Shown in pieces: positions 22,301-31,322 of a DNA stretch of 64,000 nucleotides. Position numbers and translations under genes: made by a program. Source of the stretch: an uncultured Leptospiraceae bacterium (lineage in GTDB: Bacteria > Spirochaetota > UBA4802 > UB4802); assembly GCA_964486725.1 (NCBI GenBank), contig CAZAOK010000001.1:49213-113212 (forward strand). Direction: 5' to 3'. A model generated the notes under the pieces. That model did no database searches. It saw only the letters and a list, made by a program, of their open reading frames with translations, and had not been told where the DNA came from. Position 1 is the first letter of the stretch. Every line of letters starts with the position of its first letter.

Positions 22301-24677
22301 CAAAAACGGGAACCCTCTTAAGGCCGACCTGTCCCTTGCCGCAGTAGACGAGGCAATATACCAGATACGGCCCGATCATACGCCGAAAATGCAGGATTTC
22401 TTCTATACAAAGATATCCAACTGGGTGTTGACAAGCTACTCCTATCCCATACACATCCTTGCCGGAGCCGCTAAAGAGGGAAAGGTGAAGATCAGGGAGA
22501 AGTTTGAAGATACAGCTTTCTGGAAGGGAAAGATACGAACCGACGATGCAGGCAGGGCTTCGGTCACCTTCACATTACCAGACAACCTTACCGTCTGGAG
22601 GCTTACCGCCAGGGGACATGATCGGCAGGGACGTGTGGGTGAACATAAATCGGAATTCCAGGTAACACAAGACCTGATCGCCCGTATAGGGCGCCCGCGG
22701 TTTGCCGTTGAAGGGGATACCATGGGTATCATTGGTATTGTTAACAGTAATACCAAACGGGGATTGAAAGAAGTAAAAACCACCATGCAGATCAACGGGA
22801 AAAAGGTTGTGGCCGATAACCCGGTGAAGATCAGCCTGCCGGGATTCGGTTCTTCCAGGGAATATTATACAACCACTATTCCGGAGGATAAGAAAAAGCT
22901 AACCATGGAATATACCGCGATAGCGGACCCGTCAGCCAGCGACGCGCTGCGCCTGCATGTACCTGTACAGCGGCGTGGGGTGAACTACAAGCTCTATGGA
23001 ACGGGAGACATGGCAAATAACAGCAAGATTGTTATACAGCCGTTGAAAGACAGCACTGATTTTGATTTCATTCCAGAGTCTGTTACCATACAGGTGAATC
23101 CCTCACCGGTAATACAGATGCTCAGGGCCACTGAATATCTCATGAAATATCCCTATGGCTGCATTGAGCAGACCATAAACAGGTTTCTGCCGGCAATGGC
23201 AGTGTACAGGCTTGCCGAGAGGCAGGGATACGGGGCATTGCTTTCAGGGAAATCCACAAAGGAACTGCATGCCAAGGTTGATTCGGGGATATCACGGCTG
23301 CAGCAACTGCAGAACAGTGACGGTTCGTGGGGGTGGTGGTACGGCGACCGGGGTAACGGCTTTGTAACCGGTTACATTCTGAGTGGTTTTATGCTGGCAC
23401 AGAAGAACGGGTATGCGATCAGTAAGAATACAATCGATAAGGGTGTAGCAGCCGTTGCCAGGATGCTGAAATACCGGCAGGTGTCACATGACGCGATGGC
23501 CTACCTGCTGTACGTGTATGCCCTTCATGGAAAATGGGACCAAAAGGCCTACGAGTATTGCACAGACAAGCTCGCGATGAACCCCTACCAGCTGGCATAC
23601 ATGGTGCGTGCCCTGGCAAAGGCTGATGGCATAAAAGAACTGAAAAGTGAAAGAAAACAGAAGCTCAGAAAAGATTTAAAGAAGTTCCTGGCCGCGTTAA
23701 AAGAAAAACAGGAACTTGACGGACGGGGGATCTACTGGCCCAGCGTGGGATCCCAGCAATGGGGATGGCCGGGAGGACGTGCTGAGATTACTGCACACGT
23801 GCTCTCAGCTCTCGTTGAAACGGGTGACACTACTTCACTGGTGTCAAGGGCGGTGCGTTCGTTGACCAAAAGAGGGAAGGGCGGCGCATGGAACTCTACC
23901 AAGGAAACCGCCACGGTCATATTTGCCCTGGGTGACTATATTGACAGTATCGGTGCCGCACCGAAAACCAGCGGAAAGGTAGCCTTCACACTTGACGGAA
24001 AGCATCTGACCGAGTATGCCTATGATCTCAGCGGCAACGTTGATATGAAGGATTTCACAAAAACATTACCCCTTGAGGGGGAACGAAGGGTTCCTGCCTT
24101 TACAGTGGAAGCCGCGGGGGATACCGGCAGGGATCTCAGTTACGAGGTGGTGATCAACGGCACCCTGAAATTCAAAGATGCCGGTGTGCTGTCACTCTTT
24201 AAATCTGAAACACGAAGCGTGAATGCCCTGTCCAATGGAATACAGATAGCCCGTTCATTCTCATACGTAACCAGGGTGAAGGACATTCATCATAACGAGT
24301 ACCTTGTTCCACAGAATATCGATGATAAGAGAGAATTGAAAATAGGTGATGAACTGCTGGTGAAGGTACGGTTCGTGGCCAGTGATGATTTTGAATACCT
24401 GGTACTTGAAGATTACCTGCCGGCGGGGTTCGAGGTGGTGAATGAAAACGCCTACGACGGCTATCAGCCATACGTGAACGCCGAACGCTGGGATAACAGG
24501 ATGGTGTTTTTCTTCAACAGCATTCAGAAGGGGAAATACTTCGAGATCGCCTATATTATCCGGGCAGAACTGCCGGGCACCTTCAGTGTGAAACCATCCA
24601 GGATGGAGTGCATGTATGAACCAACTATACAGGGATGGGCGCCGCCGGGTTCCATCGAAATTGATAAGAAGGAATAA
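19317..24677 (+). CDS. Alpha-2-macroglobulin family lipoprotein with intact thioester motif
   Basis: Lipobox LLVITGC. Three CarboxypepD_reg-like N-terminal modules, then long MG-domain-like repeats. Thioester CIEQ in YPYGCIEQTINRFLP (nt 23160-23171). AGGAG lies 8 nt upstream of the ATG. Confidence 0.93.
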   Translation: MKKVIVCVTLMLLVITGCTTTGKKHMEDGTVVYTGDGDKKLQKEYVVKGRVLDAQSKDAVAGATVELKNAQMGVGYYLEKTDSGGYFKIENFIPQVRYIIEVVADGYVTYKTTEKVETGKRTIYLQKEGILTGVVRGGDGKPVQGVQVKLRQASSGYGQGNKPFIQSTGDDGSYSFNKLPAGRYMATFSKPGYITETARIKYIKNGETFTLPMVVYEPASISGKIGIKQLDAPAINVDVQAVGRVTYSASTFHDGTYVLEDLKPGNYKLRVHHRGFDTMETSSFKITEGERKKEFNYEVTPKDPALSVYSYRYTFVPGNKLSFNLRTFRLESVKVRVYQVPLNTFLQGHVDPDTIDPGKEKFKVFTEWSEPIHNFKPYEWRYQSLELKDQLPTGGYCIEVEGAGKMISRKFFSVTSVGVVAKRSQYSMFTYVTHLAENKPIKGASVVVFDSTPEKKQYRYSTHPYKPPKRIEDLPVKILKKGKTDSNGVFTYRMKSRKHYTVLVIGEDGSYALCSTGSPSAFDREKNKYFIYTDRPVYRAGDTVFYKVVGKERKRRFMPLDGQKLHYRIINRDFNSTVDEGQLTLDQWGTFHGKIAMAADARLGEYDIRVGPSKKNLYAAGRYYMEQYRKPEFKIDITPSKPYFTNGDTVEFKVETKYFFGAPLKNGLVRYRFYETRMRDTDTTYWWEEDYPSRESYNRIRLEGEKYLNDEGVAVLRFDSGNYPYDRKITLEATVMDKSNISITSSNSVKVGRGEYYIKINPDQNFYADNEKKKIEIQTLSHTGDPIRAGVNLDLYRYVWKPLQRVYVHEKRPLFSKKITTDKKGRATVELPRKFSYYGEFDLVAESTDRYNNRINANRIIWVYSKQGGEIKSKLKNLELTVDKTSLKEPGRITCLVKSRFTDSYVCLTLEGRDVYHSRVVKMKGNITPVTFEVKPEYAPNFYLTATMQRKRALYTSRVDIELPVAETGLSIEMKNDKKVYKPGEKATVHIKVTDKNGNPLKADLSLAAVDEAIYQIRPDHTPKMQDFFYTKISNWVLTSYSYPIHILAGAAKEGKVKIREKFEDTAFWKGKIRTDDAGRASVTFTLPDNLTVWRLTARGHDRQGRVGEHKSEFQVTQDLIARIGRPRFAVEGDTMGIIGIVNSNTKRGLKEVKTTMQINGKKVVADNPVKISLPGFGSSREYYTTTIPEDKKKLTMEYTAIADPSASDALRLHVPVQRRGVNYKLYGTGDMANNSKIVIQPLKDSTDFDFIPESVTIQVNPSPVIQMLRATEYLMKYPYGCIEQTINRFLPAMAVYRLAERQGYGALLSGKSTKELHAKVDSGISRLQQLQNSDGSWGWWYGDRGNGFVTGYILSGFMLAQKNGYAISKNTIDKGVAAVARMLKYRQVSHDAMAYLLYVYALHGKWDQKAYEYCTDKLAMNPYQLAYMVRALAKADGIKELKSERKQKLRKDLKKFLAALKEKQELDGRGIYWPSVGSQQWGWPGGRAEITAHVLSALVETGDTTSLVSRAVRSLTKRGKGGAWNSTKETATVIFALGDYIDSIGAAPKTSGKVAFTLDGKHLTEYAYDLSGNVDMKDFTKTLPLEGERRVPAFTVEAAGDTGRDLSYEVVINGTLKFKDAGVLSLFKSETRSVNALSNGIQIARSFSYVTRVKDIHHNEYLVPQNIDDKRELKIGDELLVKVRFVASDDFEYLVLEDYLPAGFEVVNENAYDGYQPYVNAERWDNRMVFFFNSIQKGKYFEIAYIIRAELPGTFSVKPSRMECMYEPTIQGWAPPGSIEIDKKE

Positions 24678-26733
24678 TGCCAGCAGCATTACCCTGCTAC
24701 TTCTTCTGCTGTGTGTTCTTTCGCCGGCAATGCTTTATGCCGGCGAAGAAAGGGTGGGTATACAGGTACTCTCCAAACACTTTCGCCAAATGCGTGAAAA
24801 GGGCGGTGGACAGGTGCTGTGTACCTTCCCGCCGGAGAGCAGGCTGCAGGTGGAGGGGGCAGGCAGCAGCATACCTGTGCAGCGGCTGCAGCTGAGCTTT
24901 CACCGTGGCTGGCATGTGACCATGGATGATGTACCGGTTGGCCTGCCGGTTGAATGTGAGATCGAAGCCCCATCAGGTGAAGAGGCTTTCACCCTGAACC
25001 TGGAAGATATAAAGCGAACCTACCCCCTGCCGTTATACCTGTCCCTTGATAAGAATGAAGAACCTGTTACCGTGGTTTATGAAGACGCAACGCGATATGC
25101 CTCTGACAGTGCCCGTGCCGAATACGGCAACAGGCCGGCCAGGCACCGTGAAGCACTGGCAGCCCTTGCCCACGTGATACTGGCCCGGTGCCGGTACATA
25201 CAGGACAATCACCCCGGACATCCTTACCGGTTCTGCGATCTTACCCACTGCCAGGTCTACAGGGGGAGGACGGGGATGCCATCCCTCCTGCACGAAGATA
25301 GATGGTATATAGATCATCAGAACCTGGCCGGCCCCCTGCTCTTTCATTCACGTTGCGGAGGGCATACCATGGACATGGGGGTGTTCGGCGCCGGGGACAG
25401 GGGTTTTCCGCCGGTTAAGGATATCCTTTACAGAACCGGAATGGTGCTCTGTCATGCGGGTGATAACGGGTGGACACGGATGCTTTCACCGGCACAGGTG
25501 GTTGACATCCTGGATGATGAGAAGCTTTCACGTCCACCCTCTTCTGTTGAATATGATTCGGGGGTGGGGGCTGTTTTGGTGAAAGGGGATTCGGGTGTGC
25601 GCACCCTGGCGCCGGAAACTTTCAGGCTGAAGATTAACCGGGTAATGGGGTGGAACTTTCTCAAGAGTAATAATTACCGGCTGGAGATGGCGGAGAGGGA
25701 TGACGGGCCAGTTCTGCGTTTTGCCGGCAGGGGGCTGGGGCATAACGTCGGCCTGTGCCAGCACGGGGCCCTGGCGTTGGCTGAAATGGGATATTCGCGT
25801 TACGAGATACTGGAGCATTATTATCGGGGGATAACCCTGAATGCGATGGAAGGGGGAAGGGCGGGATCTCCCTACCTGTATTTTTTAACATTTGATACGC
25901 GGAGCGGAGAGGTGACGGGGCAGAGCCATCCGGCAATGCTGGAGCGTGTGGTGCCGCCGGGTTCACTTTGGAAGATCATCATGGGGCTGTATCTTGTTGC
26001 CCATCGGCCCGACCTGGTAGAGGGCTATCATATTACATGCGGAGGTCGGGGGGATGATCAATCCATTCTAAGCGACGGCTGCTGGAAACCGGAAGGGCAC
26101 GGCAGGATGGATCTATTTACGGCACTGTCACATTCGTGCAACATGTATTTTGCTTCACTTGCCGGTGAGATATCGTTTAATGATTTTAACAGGTTTTACA
26201 GTGCGTTGTGTGAAAGGCTTGGGCTCTTGTATTCATTCCCGGCGGTAAAGGGTAACCCTGAATGGTCAAGGCGATGCGCCGGGCTTGATTTCCAGGTGAG
26301 CATGCGTATGGGTGACCTGGTGAAGGTGGCCATGCTGGTGAGTAATGCCAGCAGCGAAAACGAACAGGTTAACCGGCTGAAACAGGAGATCAGCCCCGGA
26401 GGGCTTGCCATGCTGCGGCGGGCCCTTGCGGAAACCTTTACCATGGGAACGGCAGCGCCGCCGGTGCATACCGCGGGGCCAAAGTGCAACTGGGAGATTC
26501 CTGTCAGGTTGACCAGTGATATGCGAGAGCTGCCTGTTGATGAAGGCCTGTGGGGGAAGACCTCCACTGTCATCGACGGCACCAACCTTCCACTTGGATA
26601 CGGCATGTTTCTGGGGGGAAAGGATGAGAGTGGGATACTGGTGATCCTTCGAAAGGGCAACGGCCACCTTGCGGCGCAGTGGGGGCGGTTGATCCTTGCT
26701 GACAGGCTGGGGGAGTGTTTTTTTCACCGCTAA
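24616..26733 (+). CDS. SpoIID/LytB-like domain fused to a penicillin-binding transpeptidase-like domain
   Basis: SpoIID motifs RFCDLTHCQVYRG (25231-25266), FHSRCGGHT and GLGHNVGLCQHGALALAEMGYSRYEILEHYY. PBP motifs SLWK (25963-25974), SCN (26134-26142) and KTS (26557-26565). GGAG lies 7 nt before ATG 24616. Overlaps the A2M gene by 62 nt. Confidence 0.8.
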   Translation: MNQLYRDGRRRVPSKLIRRNNASSITLLLLLLCVLSPAMLYAGEERVGIQVLSKHFRQMREKGGGQVLCTFPPESRLQVEGAGSSIPVQRLQLSFHRGWHVTMDDVPVGLPVECEIEAPSGEEAFTLNLEDIKRTYPLPLYLSLDKNEEPVTVVYEDATRYASDSARAEYGNRPARHREALAALAHVILARCRYIQDNHPGHPYRFCDLTHCQVYRGRTGMPSLLHEDRWYIDHQNLAGPLLFHSRCGGHTMDMGVFGAGDRGFPPVKDILYRTGMVLCHAGDNGWTRMLSPAQVVDILDDEKLSRPPSSVEYDSGVGAVLVKGDSGVRTLAPETFRLKINRVMGWNFLKSNNYRLEMAERDDGPVLRFAGRGLGHNVGLCQHGALALAEMGYSRYEILEHYYRGITLNAMEGGRAGSPYLYFLTFDTRSGEVTGQSHPAMLERVVPPGSLWKIIMGLYLVAHRPDLVEGYHITCGGRGDDQSILSDGCWKPEGHGRMDLFTALSHSCNMYFASLAGEISFNDFNRFYSALCERLGLLYSFPAVKGNPEWSRRCAGLDFQVSMRMGDLVKVAMLVSNASSENEQVNRLKQEISPGGLAMLRRALAETFTMGTAAPPVHTAGPKCNWEIPVRLTSDMRELPVDEGLWGKTSTVIDGTNLPLGYGMFLGGKDESGILVILRKGNGHLAAQWGRLILADRLGECFFHR

Positions 26734-26840
26734 GGCGCTAAGGACGCAAAGTTCGCAGAGGGGGGATTTAGGGGGCCCGTTGAGCAGGATGTTACTATTA
26801 TGCGAATTTATAAGTATACCAAAAAGATTGTGGTGATGAT

Positions 26841-29756
26841 ATGAAAAAGTATCTGTGTAGTATATTCTTCCTTATAATGATATATATACCCTGCAGTGGG
26901 TTTGGTGCCTTCATGTTCCATCCGGAACTTGACTGGAAGTCTATTAAAACAGAGCATTTCTGGATCCATTATCACCAGGGGCTTGAAGAGCACGCACGTC
27001 GTCTCGTGCCAGTTGCTGAAGATCTGCACACCCGCCTGGTTCGGGCCACGGGGTGGGAACCTTTCTGGCGAACCGACGTGGTGCTGGTGGACAATACCGA
27101 CATGCCCAACGGGTTTACCATTCCGGTTCCCTATAACCGGGTGCAATTATATATTGTTCGTCCTGGGCCTGACAGTTCACTTGGTGATTATGATGACTGG
27201 GTAAAGCTGGTGTTTACCCACGAGTATAGTCACGTGTTCAACCTGGATGTAATTGACGGCATTCCACAGATGAGCCGCTATACGCTGGGACGGGTATGTT
27301 TTCCCAATATGTTTCTGCCCATGTGGAACCTCGAGGGGTATCCCGTATACCGGGAGTCTATGAAATATCCCTATGGTCGGGTGCACAGTGCTTACACCCA
27401 CATGGTGATGCGTACCGAGGTTGATGAGAATTCGCTGAAGTCCATCAACCTGGCCTCCTACTTTCCCAGGGAGTGGCCCTCGGGAATGGTGCCCTATCTT
27501 TACGGGGGGCTTTTCGTGGAGTACCTGCAGCAGACACAGGGCCACAGCAGGTTTGAAGATGTGTTCACCGAGAACGCCGACAACATACTTCCATGGCTCA
27601 TACAGAAAAACGGCCGTGACGTGTACGGCAGATCCTTTTATGCCCTGTGGGACCAGTGGCAGAATGAGGCCGTAAAGCGATATCGCCGGGAGGCGGCACA
27701 GATACGAGAGAAGGGACTCACCGATGCGCGGTTGCTGACCCATAGCGGGTATCACACTTCCATTCCGCGTTTCAGCACCGACGGCAAGGTGCTTTACTAC
27801 GTTCGCATGACCGGTTACAACATGCCCGCGTTGATGCGTGTTTCCCTGCGTGATGGTACCACGAAAAAAATTGCCAGGGTACGCATGCCATCGGGGATGT
27901 CGGTGAATGACACCCACGGTATTCTCATGTCCGACCTTGAATATTACCGTACCTTCTCAATCTACAATGATATTTTCAGATATCAGGATGGATACAGGCA
28001 GCAAACCCGTGGTATGCGGGCCCAATCGGTTGATGCCTTTCCCGATGGAAAAATAGCCTGCATACAGGTAAAGGATGACCGCTACAACCTGCTGATTCTT
28101 GATGAAAGGTATAACAGTCAGAACGTTCTTATAAATAAAAGCCGGATGCAGCTTTCCGGTGTCAGGGTTTCTCCGGGCGGCAAAAACCTGGTATTTACGG
28201 CAAGGGGGGAGGACGGGTTCGCCCACATTTATCATTATGGTGTTGACAATGGCAAAATTCAAAAGCTTACCTCCGGGCGCTACAGCTGCATGCATCCAGA
28301 CTGGTATCCCGGTGGCGGGGCTATTGTATTCGTCTCGGATCGCGACGGTGTATTTAACCTCTATAGTCTTGAACTGAAATCGCGGCAGCTGAAAAAATTG
28401 ACAAACATGATGGGAGGGGCCTTCTGGCCTGATATATCACCTGACGGCAGCAGTATTGCTGCAGCCGTGTACGGGAAAGAAGGATTTGACATCGGGCTGA
28501 TAGAGCATCCCGAAGATCCGCCGGTAATCGAAAAAGTACAGGTCACTTACGCCGAAGAACTCTTTGCGGATGCTCCCCCAATTGATGGAGAAAAGGAAAC
28601 GGGGAAAGAAGCCGGGGGATATAATCCCCTGTACTCACTTGTAAACCCCGCATGGCTGCCGGTGCTCTATTCAGAGGAGATCTACCCCGAAGAATATGAC
28701 AGCTGGTACGGTTTTTACACCATGGGAGCAGATACCCTCTACCGTCATTTTTATTCCGTATATGCTGCCGCCTCGGTTCGCCAGAAGCGGGCTGATGTAT
28801 CGCTGCAGTATACCTACGCGGGGCTTTACCCGGATATCACTATTGCCTTCAGCGACAACTCAATTTTTTACGGCACCGATCCCTTTCCGTGGGAAGATGA
28901 TCACAGCGTAACGTTGAAACGTGAACTTGAACGTACTATCGAAGGGGGAATATCGATACCATTTATGAAATTTTACAATCAGCACCTGCTGAGCCTCTCT
29001 TACAGCCGCGAGGTGAAATGGACGGATATCTATTACAGCGGCATGGGGGTTTTCGAGTTCGAAGACGTACTTGCAGGTTTTCACGGGGGATATTCATTCA
29101 GCAGCACCTCTATGTACGCTTACTCGGTAAGCCCGGAGGACGGGGTAGAGTTCATGATAATCGGTGACTGGTATACCAACAGGGTCGGATCGGACATAAA
29201 TTACGGCAAGGTACGGGGTGAACTTGCATGGTACCTTTCGGGTATATGGCGCAACAACGTCATCATGCTGCGGGGACGGGGAGGGGCATCATTCAACAAC
29301 CCGGATTACCTTGATCCCTATAATATCGGCCGTTACGAGAAGGGAAATACCGGAGCTGCCCAAACGGGTGAAGACCGTTTCGGTATGAGGGGGTACGGGG
29401 CTGATATGTTTTACGGCAACAGGCTGGCAGTGGGAGCGCTTGAATACCGGTTGCCCCTTTTGCAGAAAGACCTGGGATATGGGACGTTGCCGGTGATGCT
29501 CAGGGATATATGGCTGGTTCCTTTCGTGGAATATGGAAATGTATGGAAAGACCACACCGGTCTTGCGGATTTCAGAACGTCGGTGGGAGGTGAGCTGCAC
29601 ATGCGCCTCACCATGGGATATGGATATGACATCAGCGGTTTCGCGGGTGTGGCCCACGGTTTCGATGAGTACGGGGAGACGCAGGTCTACTTCGGCGTTG
29701 CCGGCATGTACGAGGGGGCTGGAGGGAATAATAAACCGTATGGGCTCATGCGATAG
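26841..29756 (+). CDS. HExxH metallopeptidase-like / PD40 (TolB-like) propeller / Omp85-like C-terminal barrel protein
   Basis: Signal peptide. HEYSH at 27219-27233. PD40-like repeats (VSPGGKNLVFTARGEDG, YPGGGAIVFVSDRDGVFNLY, PDISPDGSSIAAAVYG). C-terminus FGMRGYGADMFYGNRLAVGALEYRLPL...VPFVEYGNVW resembles the bacterial surface antigen barrel. Confidence 0.7.
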   Translation: MKKYLCSIFFLIMIYIPCSGFGAFMFHPELDWKSIKTEHFWIHYHQGLEEHARRLVPVAEDLHTRLVRATGWEPFWRTDVVLVDNTDMPNGFTIPVPYNRVQLYIVRPGPDSSLGDYDDWVKLVFTHEYSHVFNLDVIDGIPQMSRYTLGRVCFPNMFLPMWNLEGYPVYRESMKYPYGRVHSAYTHMVMRTEVDENSLKSINLASYFPREWPSGMVPYLYGGLFVEYLQQTQGHSRFEDVFTENADNILPWLIQKNGRDVYGRSFYALWDQWQNEAVKRYRREAAQIREKGLTDARLLTHSGYHTSIPRFSTDGKVLYYVRMTGYNMPALMRVSLRDGTTKKIARVRMPSGMSVNDTHGILMSDLEYYRTFSIYNDIFRYQDGYRQQTRGMRAQSVDAFPDGKIACIQVKDDRYNLLILDERYNSQNVLINKSRMQLSGVRVSPGGKNLVFTARGEDGFAHIYHYGVDNGKIQKLTSGRYSCMHPDWYPGGGAIVFVSDRDGVFNLYSLELKSRQLKKLTNMMGGAFWPDISPDGSSIAAAVYGKEGFDIGLIEHPEDPPVIEKVQVTYAEELFADAPPIDGEKETGKEAGGYNPLYSLVNPAWLPVLYSEEIYPEEYDSWYGFYTMGADTLYRHFYSVYAAASVRQKRADVSLQYTYAGLYPDITIAFSDNSIFYGTDPFPWEDDHSVTLKRELERTIEGGISIPFMKFYNQHLLSLSYSREVKWTDIYYSGMGVFEFEDVLAGFHGGYSFSSTSMYAYSVSPEDGVEFMIIGDWYTNRVGSDINYGKVRGELAWYLSGIWRNNVIMLRGRGGASFNNPDYLDPYNIGRYEKGNTGAAQTGEDRFGMRGYGADMFYGNRLAVGALEYRLPLLQKDLGYGTLPVMLRDIWLVPFVEYGNVWKDHTGLADFRTSVGGELHMRLTMGYGYDISGFAGVAHGFDEYGETQVYFGVAGMYEGAGGNNKPYGLMR

Positions 29757-29975
29757 TTATTTATGCTAAATACGGCTGCTATTCACAAATAACCTGTGTT
29801 CATCCAGGTTAATCCGTGGTAACTGAAAATATGATATATATTTTCACAGGTTGTTATAAAAAATAATAATTCAGCAACGACCTGGTTCATCGGCCTGAAG
29901 AGGAGCGGATTTTTTATATTGCATTTCCCGGTGGAACTGTACATATTGTAGTATGGAAATATGAAAGGAGACGGT

Positions 29976-31301
29976 ATGATAAGTATTTACACCGAGATCG
30001 CGATAATAGCGGTGCTCATAGTCTTTAACGGGGTGTTTGCCTTGTCGGAAATCGCCGTTGTGACCTCGCGAAAGCTTATCCTCCAGCAAAAAGCCGAAGA
30101 AGGTCTGCGGGGATACAAGATTGCCCATCAGCTTGCGTCCTCTCCGGGCGTCTTTCTGTCCACGATACAGATTGGCATAACACTGGTGGGAGTTTTAGCG
30201 GGCGCGTTTAGCGGGGCCACCATTGCACGGAAAATTGAAGCCGAGCTCAGCGGTATGCCTGTTGTGGGAGAACACGCGGGGTTCCTGGCCATAATGATGA
30301 TTGTGGTAACCATTACGCTGCTCTCCGTGATCTTCGGGGAGTTGGTGCCCAAGCGTATTGCTCTTAATAACCCGGAGAAAATATCCGCCTCGGTGGCGGT
30401 TTTCATGCGTGCCATATCGTTCATTTTTTCGCCCATCGTTCGGGGGCTGGATTATGTAACCGAGCTGGTGTTGAAGATGCTGCGGGTTCCCACGGAAAAT
30501 GAACAGGTCGTTACCGACGAGGAGGTGCTCCTCATGATCGAACATGGAACAAAAACGGGACATTTTGAAACGACTGAACGGGAGATGATTGAAGAGATTT
30601 TTGACCTGAGCGATAAAACCGTGCAGCATCTCATGATACCGCGAATGAACATTGTTTGTCTGAATATCAAAAGCACGAAAGCCACACTGAAGCGAATTAT
30701 AACCGAACATGCAGACCTGGATTTTTTCCCGGTGTGCCGACATGATATCGATACTATTGTCGGGGTGGTGAATAAAAACGACATACTTGTGGATTTTGCC
30801 AGAGGTGAGACGAAAAGCCTGAAAGCCTATATGCAAAGTCCACTCTATCTTCCCGAAAGGGTGAGTCCGTTGTGGGCACTTGAGCGGTTCAGAAAGGAAA
30901 ACGTCTTCGTTGCCTTTGCCGTGGACGAGTTTGGCGGCGTGAGCGGCATGGTGACATTGACCGGCATACTGGACGAGATAATTGGGGCCGATGATATTGC
31001 TGATGATACAGAGAAACTAAAAGACGGCACCATACGTATTAAAGGGATCACCCCAATTGACCGGCTCGATGATATCTTCGGAAAGGAATTCATCGGATCT
31101 ACTGAAAAAAGCCGTCATTCAACGGTTGCCGGTTTAATGCTGGATCTTTTGGGCCACATTCCCGCAGAAGGTGAAAAAGTGGTCTATAAAGGGTTTACGT
31201 TTAAAATCAGAAAGATGGCGGCAAACAGGATCGACAGTATCGAGATAAAGCCATCCCGCACGCGATTGCCCGCCCGTCCAGAGAAGAGTGGGGACAGGTA
31301 A
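29976..31301 (+). CDS. CNNM/HlyC/CorC family transporter (DUF21-CBS-CorC_HlyC)
   Basis: AAGGAG lies 5 nt before ATG 29976. N-terminal TM domain with FNGVFALSEIAVV, a CBS pair, and a C-terminal transporter-associated domain (FTFKIRKMAANRIDSIEI). Confidence 0.9.
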   Translation: MISIYTEIAIIAVLIVFNGVFALSEIAVVTSRKLILQQKAEEGLRGYKIAHQLASSPGVFLSTIQIGITLVGVLAGAFSGATIARKIEAELSGMPVVGEHAGFLAIMMIVVTITLLSVIFGELVPKRIALNNPEKISASVAVFMRAISFIFSPIVRGLDYVTELVLKMLRVPTENEQVVTDEEVLLMIEHGTKTGHFETTEREMIEEIFDLSDKTVQHLMIPRMNIVCLNIKSTKATLKRIITEHADLDFFPVCRHDIDTIVGVVNKNDILVDFARGETKSLKAYMQSPLYLPERVSPLWALERFRKENVFVAFAVDEFGGVSGMVTLTGILDEIIGADDIADDTEKLKDGTIRIKGITPIDRLDDIFGKEFIGSTEKSRHSTVAGLMLDLLGHIPAEGEKVVYKGFTFKIRKMAANRIDSIEIKPSRTRLPARPEKSGDR

Positions 31302-31322
31302 CACGTCATTACGCGGGTGCCT

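Noticed and set aside
26734-26770. The sequence ggcgctaaggacgcaaagttcgcagaggggggatttaggggg after the SpoIID-transpeptidase gene looked like a REP-type element or terminator.
   Set aside because: It is a single copy in the window, has no clear stable stem-loop and has no T-run. The evidence is insufficient.
29791-29853. 8-bp inverted repeat aacctgtg ... cacaggtt upstream of the CNNM/CorC gene, considered as a riboswitch or Mg-box-like leader.
   Set aside because: The arms are 47 nt apart, with no recognisable riboswitch consensus and no terminator/antiterminator alternative that I could trace by eye.
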